Position numbers and translations under genes: made by a program. From contig JAPDFW010000077.1 of the NCBI GenBank assembly GCA_028826165.1, positions 345,258-409,257 on the forward strand: DNA of 64,000 nucleotides. The letters run 5' to 3'. Positions 25,133 through 37,614 of this stretch are shown piece by piece; the stretch's first letter is position 1, and the number at the start of each line of letters is the position of its first letter. Below the pieces are notes generated by a model. It did no database searches. It saw nothing but the letters and a program-made list of their open reading frames with translations, and had not been told where the DNA came from. This DNA comes from Anaeramoeba ignava BMAN. Taxonomy: Eukaryota; Protista; Anaeramoebae.

Positions 25133-28100
25133 ATGAAAAACAAATTAATTAAATTTATTACAATATTTTCAATTCTTTTTTTACTTACAAATCAAAATCA
25201 AATTGAAAATCAAAATCAAAATCAAAATCAAAATCAAATTCAAAATCAAAATCAAAATCAAATTCAAAATCAAAATCAAAATCAAAATCAAATTCAAAAT
25301 CAAAATCAAAATCAAAATCAAAATCAAAATCAAAATCAAAATCAAAATCAAAATCAAAATCAAATTCAAAATCAAATTCAAAATCAAATTGAAAATCAAA
25401 ATCAAAATCAAAATCAAATTCAAATTCAAAATCAAAATCAAATTCAAAATCAAATTCAAATTCAAATTCAAATTCAAAATCAAAATCAAAATCAAATTCA
25501 AAATCAAAATCAAAATCAAATTGAAATTCAAAATCAAATTTAAAATTCAAAATCAAATTCAAAATCAAATTCAAAATCAAAATCAAAATCAAAATCAAAA
25601 TCAAAATCAAAATCAAAATCAAAATCAAAATCAAAATCAAAATCAAAATCAAAATCAAAATCAAAATCAAAATCAAAATCAAAATCAAAATCAAAATCAA
25701 AATCAAATTCAAAATCAAAATGAAAATCAAAATCAAAATCAAAATCAAAATCAAAATCAAAATCAAAATCAAATTCAAAATCAAATTCAAAATCAAAATC
25801 AAAATCAAAATCAAATCCAAAATCAAAATCAAAATCAAAATCAAAATCAAAATCAAAATCAAAATCAAAATCAAAATCAAAATCAAAAAGAAGAAGAGCA
25901 AACAACAATTTCAGAAATTCAAAAAAGTTGGCAATATCAACAAACAATTTTCCCAAATCTGGAATGGCACAATGAATATTTTGGATATATTACAGCAATA
26001 AGTGGGAATACAATAGCAATAGGAGCACAAGGTTATTATTCTAGTGAATATGATCACGAACCTGCTTCAGTATATCTTTTTGAAAAAGAAAATTATGAAT
26101 GGAAACAAATAAAACAAATAGGAATTGATAATGGAAATGAAATTTATGAAAACTCAACTGATATTTCAAATGATATTATTGTAGTTGTAGTTACAGAAGA
26201 TTATAAGGGAAAAATATATATTTTTATGAAAACTGGAAATGATTGGATTTTAAGAATAATAATTGAATTACCAAATGAACAAACAAATCAACAATTTGGA
26301 GCAAGTGTTTCTGTTAAAGAAAGAATAATTGCTGTTGGTTCTCCAGGATTGGATAATAATCAAGGAGCTGTTTATATTTTCAAAGGAAATGAAGATGGAA
26401 CTTTTTGGAATCAAACTCAACAAATTATGGCAAGTGATGGGCAAGCATATGATCAATTTGGAAATCGTGTTCTTCTTTCAAATGATAGTTCATTTCTTTT
26501 TATTGGAGCTTCTAATTCAACAACAAATGGAATTAATCAAAATGGAAAAGTATATATTTACAAAAATGATGGAAATCAATTTAATTTTTATCAATCTTTA
26601 ATTTTTGATGATTCAAATGCTGATAATGATTATTTTGGATTTTCTATTGTAGTATCAGAAAATTGTTCTTGGATTATTGTTGGAGCTTATGAAGCTAATT
26701 ATAGTTCTTTGATTTATTCAGGAAAAGTTTATATTTTCAAATCAAATGGAAGTTATTGGAATCAAGAACAAATTTTGATATCTCCTGATCCTCGATATTA
26801 TGGATATTTTGGAAACAGTGTTTCTATTTCAGATGATAATATTATTATCGGTGAATTTGGTTACAATTATTACAATGGAAGAGTTCATTTATTTAATTAT
26901 AATGGAAGTTATTGGATTCATAAATTTCAATTAATTCCTGATAAATCAACATATACTAGTGAATATGGAGTATCTGTTTCCATTTTAGGGAATATTTTTG
27001 TTGTTGGTGCTCCTGGAGAAAATAATGATTATGGACATGTTTATGCTTATGAATTTGTTTTACCTCAAGTTAATATTACTGAAGCTGATTCTTTATTTTC
27101 TTCTTTTGAATTTTATTGGAATCAATTAATTTCATCTTCTGATATTATTTATCAAATTAATTATAATAATTATTGGCAAGAAATTCAATCACCAATTTTA
27201 AATGAAAATGTTTATCATAAAATTTTCAATTCTTCAATTTATCCAGATATTACTGGAAATTTTGAATATATAATTCAAATTAGAGCATGTAATACAACTT
27301 CCCAAAGTTGTGGAATATCTTCAAATCCAGTATTTTTATTAACAAGAATTGATGAAGTGAAAAACTTTACATTAAAATCAATATCAACAAGTTCAGTTAA
27401 TGTTTCTTGGAATTATCCTAATGTTCCAATTATTAATTCAATTCCAAAATTAGATCATTATATTATTTCATATCAAAACCAAAATTTAAATATAACAAAT
27501 ATTACTTCAGTTTCAAACATAGCAACTTCATATCAATTAATTAATTTGTCTTCATTTACAAATTATTCAATTTCAATTTGGGCATGTAGAATATCAGAAT
27601 GTATTGATAATGATCAAGGTCAAATTATTTCAAGTTTTATTAGAACATTATTTGGACCAGTTTTAGATTTATCTTGTTCAATTTCTGATTCATTTAATAT
27701 TTTATGTTATTGGAATAAACCAAATGATCCAATTAATCCAACTTATTATAATTTCACTTATTATTCAATTTCTGAAAATGATTCAGGAAATTTTACAATT
27801 AATTCAACTTCTCAATATTTTATTGCTCAATATTCAAATGAAGAATATCGAATTTATATTTCAGCTTGTGATTCAAATTGGGGATGTGGAGATATTTCAA
27901 CATTCCAAATTAAAACAGGAAAATTTGGACCAGTTTTAAATTTAAATTGTTCAGTTTCAGATTCATTTAATATTTCATGTTATTGGAATAAACCAAATAA
28001 TTCAATTAATCCAACTTATTATAATTTCACTTATTATTCAATTTCTCAAAATGATTCAGGAAATTTTACAATTAATTCAACTTCTCAATATTTTATTGCT

Positions 28101-28922
28101 CAATATTTAAATCAAACATATCAAATTAATGTTACAGCTTGTGATTCAAATGGAGAATGTGGAGATATTTCAACATTCCAAATTAAAACAGGGAAATTTG
28201 GACCAGTTTTAAATTTAATTTGTTCAGTTTCAGATTCATTTAATATTTCATGCTTGTGGAATAAACCAAATAATCCAATTAATCCAACTTATTATAATTT
28301 CACTTATCAAGAAATTTCTGGAAATGATTCAGGAAATTTTACAATTAATTCAACTTCTCAATATTTTATTGCTCAATATCCAAATGAAGAATATCAAATT
28401 TATGTTACAGCTTGTGATTCAAATGGAGATTGTGGAAATATTTCAACATTCCAAATTAAAACAGGAGAATTTGGACCAGTTTTAGATTTATCTTGTTCAG
28501 TTTCAGATTTTTATTTTATTTCATGTTATTGGAATAAACCAAATAATCCAATTAATCCAACTTATTATAATTTCACTTATCAAGCAATTGCTCAAAATGA
28601 TTCAGGAAATTTTACAATTAATTTAACTTCTCAATATTTTATTGCTCAATATTCAAATCAAGAATATCGAATTGATGTTTCTTCTTGTAATTCAAAAGGT
28701 TGTGGAGATATTTCAACATTTCTAATTAAAACAAAAGATAATTCATTAAATTCAAATTCAAATTCAAATTCCAAAAAAATTATCATTATTTCAACAATTA
28801 TTCCAATTATTGTTATTTTGGGAATTATTTTAATAATTTTCTTCATTAAAAAAAAGAAAAAGAAGAAAAATAAATCAAATAATAATTCAGAAGTTTCAAT
28901 GAATGAATCATTATTGAAATAA
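25133..28922 (+). CDS. FG-GAP propeller + FN3-like stalk (4 x ~91-aa repeats) type I membrane protein, copy 2; frameshift in the NQ tract near 25541
   Basis: Signal-peptide ORF 25133-25543 and the main ORF are in different frames; transmembrane segment IIIISTIIPIIVILGIILIIFFI followed by a polybasic tail. Confidence 0.82.
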
Positions 28923-29459
28923 TTCCAAAAATTCAAAAATTCAAAAATCATTTCCAAATTCCAAATTCCAAATTCTTTTTTTTTTTTCAAATTTCAAATA
29001 AAAAAAACAAAATTAATAATTAAAAAAATTGTTTTAAAATCATTTTTTTTTTGGATAATATTTAATTTGATTATAATTGAATTATTTTCATTTATTTCTT
29101 TTATTTTTTTTTATTAATTTTTAATTAAAAAAAAAAGTGGAATAAAAAAATTTTAATTAAATTTAAAATAAAATTAAAAAGTGGAATAAATTAAATTAAT
29201 AAAAAAAAAATGAAATAAATAACAAAAAGGAGAAAAAAATAAAAATAAAATTCTTTTTTTTCTTTTCTTTTTTAAATTAAAAAAATTTCCATTTTTTTTT
29301 ATTTTTTTTTTCATTTTTCTTTTTTTATTCATTTTTTTTTTTACATTATCAAAAATTTTTTATATTATCTTTTTATTTTTTATTTTTTTTCTTTTTATTT
29401 TCAAATAACAAATAAAAAATAAAATTTAAAAATACAAAATAAAAACAATATAAAATAAA

Positions 29460-32400
29460 ATGAAAAACAAAATTAAATTAAATTTATTTTTATTTTTCTT
29501 TTTTTTTTTACTTACAAAATCAAAATCAAAATCAAAATCAAAATCAAAATCAAAATCAAAATCAAAATCAAATCAAAATCAAAATCAAAATCAAAATCAA
29601 AAAAAAATCAAAAATCAAAAATCAAAAAATCAAAATCAAAATCAAATCAAAATCAAAATCAAAAAATCATGGAAATCAAAAATCAAAATCAAAATCAAAA
29701 AATCAAAATCAAAATCAAAAAAATCAAAAATCAAAATCAAAATCAAAATCAAAATCAAAATCAAAATCAAAATCAAAATCAAAATCAAAATCAAAATCAA
29801 AATCAAAATCAAAATCAAAATCAAAATCAAAATCAAAATCAAAATCAAAATCCAAAATCAAATTCAAAATCAAAAAATCAAAATCAAAATCAAAATCAAA
29901 ATCAAAATCAAAATCAAAATCAAAATCAAAATCAAAATCAAAATCAAAATCAAAATCAAAATCAAAATCAAAATCAAAATCAAAATCAAAATCAAAATCA
30001 AAATCAAAATCAAAATCAAAATCAAAATCAAAATCAAAATCAAAATCAAAATCAAAATCAAAATCAAAATCAAAATCAAAAAAAAGAAGAACAAACAACA
30101 ATTTCAGAAATTCAAGAAAGTTGGGAATATCAACAAATAATTTTCCCCAATGACATACCTATATATGAATATTTTGGATATAGTACAGCAATAAGTGGGA
30201 ATACAATAGCAATAGGAGCACAAGTTTATTATTCTAGTGAATATGGTTATGGACCTGCTTCAGTATATCTTTTTGAAAAAGAAAATTATGAATGGAAACA
30301 AATGAAAAAAATAGAAATTGATAATGGAAATGAAATTTATGAAAATTCAACTGATATTTCAAATGATATTATTGTATCTGGAGTTACAGAATATTCTATG
30401 GGAAAAATATATATTTTTATGAAAACTGGAAATGATTGGATTTTAAGAATAATAATTGAATTACCAAATGAACAAACAAATCAACAATTTGGAGCAAGTG
30501 TTTCTGTTAAAGAAAGAATAATTGCTGTTGGTTCTCCAGGATATGATAATAATCAAGGAGCTGTTTATATTTTCAAAGGAAATGAAGATGGAACTTCTTG
30601 GAATCAAACTCAACAAATTATGGCAAGTGATGGGCAAGTATATGATCAATTTGGATACAGTGTTCTTCTTTCAAATGATAGTTCATTTCTTTTTATTGGA
30701 GCTTCTAATTCAACAACAACAAATGGAATTAATCGGAATGGAAAAGTATATATTTACAAAAATGATGGAGATCAATTTAATTTTTATCAATCTTTAATTT
30801 CTGATGATTCAAATGCTGGTAATGATTGTTTTGGATTTTCTATTGCAGTATCAGAAAATTGTTCTTGGATTATTGTTGGAGCTTATGAAGCTAATTATAG
30901 TTCTTTGATTTATTCAGGAAAAGTTTATATTTTCAAATCAAATGGAAGTTATTGGAATCAAGAACAAATTTTGACAGCTCCTAGTCCTATATATTATGGA
31001 TATTTTGGATACAGTGTTTCTATTTCAGATGATAATATTATTATTGGTGAAATTGGTTACAATAATTACAATGGAAGAGTTCATTTATTTAATTATAATG
31101 GAAGTTATTGGATTCATAAATTTCAATTAATTTTCGATAACTCAGCAAATAATGGTGAATATGGAATATCTGTTTCCATTTTAGGGAATATTTTTGTTGT
31201 TGGTGCTCCTGGAGAAAATAGTGATTATGGATATACTTATGTTTATGAATTTGTTTTACCTCAAGTTAATATTACTGAAGCTGATTCTTTATTTTCTTCT
31301 TTTGAATGTTATTGGAATCAATTAATTTCATCTTCTGATATTATTTATCAAATTAATTATAATAATTATTGGCAAGAAATTCAATCACCAATTTTAAATG
31401 AAAATGTTTATCATAAAATTTTCAATTCTTCAATTTATCCAGATATTACTGGAAATGTTGAATATATAATTCAAATTAGAGCATGTAATACAACTTCCCA
31501 AACTTGTGGAATATCTTCAGATGAAAGAACAATATTAACAAGAATTGATGGAGTGAAAAACTTTACATTAAAATCAATATCAACAAGTTCAGTTTATGTT
31601 TCTTGGAATTATCCTAATGTTCCAATTATTAATTCAATTCCAAAATTAGATCATTATATTATTTCATATCAAAACCAAAATTTAAATATAACAAATATTA
31701 CTTCAGTTTCAAATACAGCAACTTCATATCAATTAATTAATTTGTCACCATTTACAAATTATTCAATTTCAATTTGGGCATGTAGAATATCAGAATGTAT
31801 TGATAATGATCAAGGTCAAATTATTTCAAGTTTTATTATAACATTATTTGGACCAGTTTTAGATTTATCTTGTTCAATTTCTGATTTATATAATATTTTA
31901 TGTTATTGGAATAAACCAAATGATCCAATTAATCCAACTTATTATAATTTCACTTATTATTCAATTTCTGAAAATGATTCAGGAAATTTTACAATTAATT
32001 CAACTTCTCAATATTTTATTGCTCAATATTCAAATGAAGAATATCAAATTAATGTTACAGCTTGTGATTCAAATGGAGAATGTGGAGATATTTCAACATT
32101 CCAAATTAAAACAGGAAAATTTGGACCAGTTTTAGATTTATCTTGTTCAATTTCTGATTCATTTAATATTTTATGTTATTGGAATAAACCAAATGATCCA
32201 ATTAATCCAACTTATTATAATTTCACTTATCAAGCAATTTATCAAAATGATTCAGGAAATTTTACAACTTATTCAACTTCTCAATATTTTATTGCTCAAT
32301 ATTCAAATGAAGAATATCAAATTAATGTTACAGCTTGTGATTCAAAAGGAGAATGTGGAGATATTTCAACATTCCAAATTAAAACAGGAAAATTTGGACC

Positions 32401-33661
32401 AGTTTTAGATTTATTTTGTTCAGTTTCAAATTCATATAATGTTTCATGTTATTGGAATAAACCAAATAATCCAATTAATCCAACTTATTATAATTTCACT
32501 TATTATTCAATTTCTGAAAATGATTCAGGAAATTTTACAATTAATTCAACTTCTCAATATTTTATTGCTCAATATTTAAATCAAGAATATCAAATTTATA
32601 TTTCAGCTTGTGATTCAAATGGAGATTGTGGAAATATTTCAACATTTCAAATTAAAACAGGGAAATTTGGACCAGTTTTAGATTTAAATTGTTCAGTTTC
32701 TGATTTTTATAATATTTTATGCTATTGGAATAAACCAAATGATCCAATTAATCCAACTTATTATAATTTCACTTATCAAGCAATTGCTCAAAATGATTCA
32801 GGAAATTTTACAATTAATTTAACTTCTCAATATTTTATTGCTCAATATTCAAATCAAGAATATCGAATTTATATTTCAGCTTGTGATTCAAATTGGGGAT
32901 GTGGAGATACTTCAACATTCCAAATTAAAACAGGGAAATTTGGACCAGTTTTAAATTTAAATTGTTCAATTTCAAATTTATTTGATATTTTATGTTATTG
33001 GAATAAACCAAATGATCCAATTAATCCAACTTATTATAATTTCACTTATCAAGCACTTTCTCAAAATGATTCAGGAAATTTTACAATTAATTCAACTTCT
33101 CAATATTTTATTGCTCAATATTCAAATCAAGAATATCAAATTGATATTACAGCTTGTGATTCAAATGGAGGATGTGGAAATATTTCAACATTTGAAATTA
33201 AAACAGGGAAATTTGGACCAGTTTTAGATTTATCTTGTTCAGTTTCAAATTTATTTGATATTTCATGTTATTGGAATAAACCAAATAATTCAATTAATCC
33301 AACTTATTATACTTTCACTTATCAAGCAATTTCTCAAAATGATTCAGGAAATTTTACAATTAATTCAACTTCTCAATATTTTATTGCTCAATATTCAAAT
33401 CAAGATTATGAAATTGATGTTACAGCTTGTGATTCAAATGGAGGATGTGGAAATATTTCAACATTTCTAATTAAAACAAAAGATAATTCATTAAATTCAA
33501 ATTCAAATTCCAAAAAAGTTATCATTATTTCAACAATTATTCCAATTATTGCTATTTTGGGAATTATTTTAATAATTTTCTTCATTAAAAAAAAGAAAAA
33601 GAAGAAGAAAAATAAATCAAATAATAATTCAGAAGTTTCAATGAATGAATCATTATTATAA
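29460..33661 (+). CDS. FG-GAP propeller + FN3-like stalk (6 x ~91-aa repeats) type I membrane protein, copy 3; several indels in the 5' NQ tract
   Basis: Close paralogue of copy 2; region 29470-29880 is garbled relative to copy 2. Confidence 0.8.
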
Positions 33662-34076
33662 TTCCAAAAATAAAAAAAACAAAAAAATTCCAAAAATCCA
33701 AAAATTCAAAAAATTCAAATTCCAATAAAATCCAAAACAAATTTTTATTTTTTTTGAATTAAAATTATTTTGTTAAATATTAATAATTAAATTAATTTGA
33801 TTTATTATTAAAATTCAAATTTCAAATTTTGTTTATTATATTATTGTTTTTAGTTTAAAAGAAAAGTGGAATAATAAACAAAAAGGAGAAAAATTTTTTT
33901 ATTCTTCTTTTTCCTTTTTTCCTTTTTTCCTTTTTTTCCTTTTTTCTTTTTTTTCCTTTTTTCCTTTTTTTATTTTCATTTTTTTTTACACAAATTTACA
34001 CAAAAACAAACAAAGAAACATTTGTTTTTGCTTTAACAAAACACAACAAAACACAACATAACAAAACACAACAAAA

Positions 34077-37000
34077 ATGAAAAACAAATTAATTAAATTA
34101 ATTACAATATTTTTAATTATTTTTTTAGTTACAAATCAAAAAGAAAAAAAAGAGGAAAAAGGAAAAAACGAACAAAATCAAAATTTAAATTTAAATCAAA
34201 TCCAAAATCAAATCCAAAATCAAAATCAAAATCAAAACAAAATCAAAATCAAAATCAAATTCAAAATCAAAATCAAAATCAAATTCAAAATCAAAATCAA
34301 ATTCAAAATCAAAATCAAATTCAAAATCAAAATCAAAATCAAATCCAAAATCAAAATCAAATCCAAAATCAAAATCAAATTCAAAATCAAATCCAAAATC
34401 AAATTCAAAATCAAAATGAAAATGAAAATTTAATTCAAAATTTAAAAAAAGAAAAAGAAACAATTTCAGAAATTCAAGAAAGTTGGCAATATAAACAAAT
34501 AATTTCTTCAAATCCGGAATTGTACAATGAATATTTTGGATATAGCACAGCAATAAGTGGGAATACAATAGCAATAGGAGCACCAGGAAATCCAAATCAA
34601 GATGTAAATGGTTCAGCATATCTTTTTGAAAAAGAAGATTATGAATGGAAACAAATAAAACAATTAGAAATTAGTGATGGACAAATTAATGATGGATATG
34701 GATACTCAATTGCTATTTCAAATGATATTGTTGTAGTTGGAGCTCCTTATGCCAATGTGAATGGGAAAATCAATCAAGGAAAAATTTATGTTTTTATCAA
34801 AATTGGAAATGATTGGATTCCAAAAGCTACAATTTATTTACAAAATGGACAACAGTATCAACATTTTGGATACAGTGTTTCTGTTACAGAAAGAATAATT
34901 GCTGTTGGTTCTCCAGGATATGATGGTGACTCTCAAAATTTAGATAATGGGACTGTTTATATTTTCAAAGGAAATGAAGATGGAAGTTCTTGGAATCAAG
35001 AACAACAAATTATGGCAAGTGATGGCCAAGCAAATGATCAATTTGGATACAGTGTTGTTCTTTCAAATGATGGTTTATTTCTTTTTATTGGAGCTCCTTA
35101 TGCAACAGCAGATGGATCGTCCCAACATGGAAAAGTATATATTTACAAAAATGATGGAAATCAATTTAATTTTTATCAATCTTTAACTTCTAATGATTCA
35201 TATGTTGATTATGATCTTTTTGGATTTTCTATTGCAGTATCAGAAAATTCTTCTTGGATTATTGTTGGTGCTGATCAAGCTGATAATGATTATTTGACCT
35301 TTCAAGGAAAAGCTTATATTTTCAAATCAAATGGAAGTTATTGGAATCAAGAACAAATTTTGATAGCTCCTAATCCTCAATCTCTTGCATACTTTGGAAA
35401 CAGTGTTTCTATTTCAGATGATAATATTCTTATTGGTGAAAATGGATACAATAGTGATACAGGAAGAGCTCATTTATTTAATTATAATGGAAGTTATTGG
35501 AATCATCAATTTACTTTAATTCCTAATAACTCAGCAAATAATGGTGAATATGGGGCGTCTGTTTCCATTTTAGGGAATATTTTTGTTGTTGGTGCTCCTG
35601 GAGAAAATAATAATTATGGATATACTTATGTTTATGAATTTGCTTTACCTCAAGTTAATATTACTGAAGTTGATTCTTTATTTTCTTCTTTTGAATGTTA
35701 TTGGAATCAATTAATTTCATCTTCTGATATTATTTATCAAATTAATTATAATAATTCTTGGCAAGAAATTCAATCACCAATTTTAAATGAAAATGTTTAT
35801 CATAAAATTTTCAATTCTTCAATTTATCCAGATATTACTGGAAATGTTGAATATATAATTCAAATTAGAGCATGTAATAAAACTTCCCAAAGTTGTGGAA
35901 TATCTTCAAATCAAAGAACAATATTAACAAGAATTGATGGAGTGAAAAATTTTACATTAAAATCAATATCAACAAGTTCAGTTAATATTTCTTGGAATTA
36001 TCCTAATGTTCCAATTATTAATTCAATTCCAAAATTAGATCATTATATTATTTCATATCAAAACCAAAATTTAAATATAACAAATATTACTTCAGTTTCA
36101 AATACAGCAACTTCATATCAATTAATTAATTTATCATCATTTACAAATTACTCAATTTCAATTTGGGCATGTAGTCAATCAGATTGTATTGATACTGATC
36201 AAGGTCAAATTATTTCAGGTTTTATTATAACATTATTTGGACCAGTTTTAGATTTATTTTGTTCAGTTTCAAATTCATTTAATATTTTATGTTATTGGAA
36301 TAAACCAAATGATTCAATTAATCCAGCTTATTATAATTTCACTTATTATTCAATTTATGAAAATGATTCAGGAAATTTTACAATTAATTCAACTTCTCAA
36401 AATTTTACTGCTCAATATTCAATTCAAGAATATCAAATTAATGTTTCAGCTTGTGATTCAAATGGAGAATGTGGAGATATTTCAACATTCCAAATTCAAA
36501 CAGGAAAATTTGGACCAGTTTTAGATTTAATTTGTTCAATTTCAAATTTATATAATGTTTCATGTTATTGGAATAAACCAAATGATCCAATTAATCCAGC
36601 TTATTATACTTTCACTTATTATGCAATTTCTCAAAATGATTCAGGGATTTTTACAATTAATTCAAATTCTCAATATTTTATTGCTCAATATTCAAATCAA
36701 GATTATGAAATTGATGTTACAGCTTGTGATTCAAAAGGAGAATGTGGAGATATTTCAACATTCCAAATTCAAACAGGAAAATTTGGACCAGTTTTAGATT
36801 TATCTTGTTCAGTTTCAAATTTATATAATGTTTCATGTTATTGGAATAAACCAAATGATCCAATTAATCCATCTTATTATACTTTCACTTATTATGCAAT
36901 TTATCAAAATGATTATGGAAATTTTACAGTTAATTCAACTTCTCAAAATTTTATTGCTCAATATTCAAATCAAGATTATGAAATTGGTGTTACAGCTTGT

Positions 37001-37501
37001 GATTCAAAAGGATGTGGAGATACTTCAACATTCCAAATTAAAACAGGAAAATTTGGACCAGTTTTAGATTTATCTTGTTCAGTTTCAGATTTATATAATG
37101 TTTCATGTTATTGGAATAAACCAAATGATTTAATTAATCCAACTTATTATACTTTCATTTATTATGCAATTTATCAAAATGATTCAGGAAATTCCATAGT
37201 TAATTCAACTTCTCAAAATTTTACTGTTCAATATCCAAATCAAGATTATGAAATTGGTGTTACAGCTTGTGATTCAAATGGAGATTGTGGAGATACTTCA
37301 ACATTTGAAATTAAACGGCAAATTAATTCATCAAGTTCCAATTCAAATTCCAAAACAGTTATTATTATTATTTCAACAATTATTCCAGTTGTTGTTATTT
37401 TGGGAATTATTTTAATAATTTTCTTCATTAAAAAGAAAAAGAAGAAAAACAAATCAAATAATAATTCAGAAGTTTCAATGAATGAATCATTATTGAAATG
37501 A
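34077..37501 (+). CDS. FG-GAP propeller + FN3-like stalk (4 x ~91-aa repeats) type I membrane protein, copy 4; 1-nt deletion in the NQ tract near 34238
   Basis: Signal peptide nearly identical to copy 1; AATCAA becomes AACAA, shifting the frame; the downstream frame is open through to TGA. Confidence 0.82.
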
Positions 37502-37614
37502 TTCCAAAAATTCAAAAATTCATTTCAGAATTCATTCTTTTTTTTTTTTTTTCAAATTCAAATTCAAATTCAAATTCAAAATAAAAAATCAAATTTCAAT
37601 TTCTTTCTTTTTGG

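Noticed and set aside
22982-37501. True integrin alpha orthologues
   Set aside because: No DxNxDG Ca-binding loops, no thigh/calf domains and no KxGFFKR motif (only FFIKKK).
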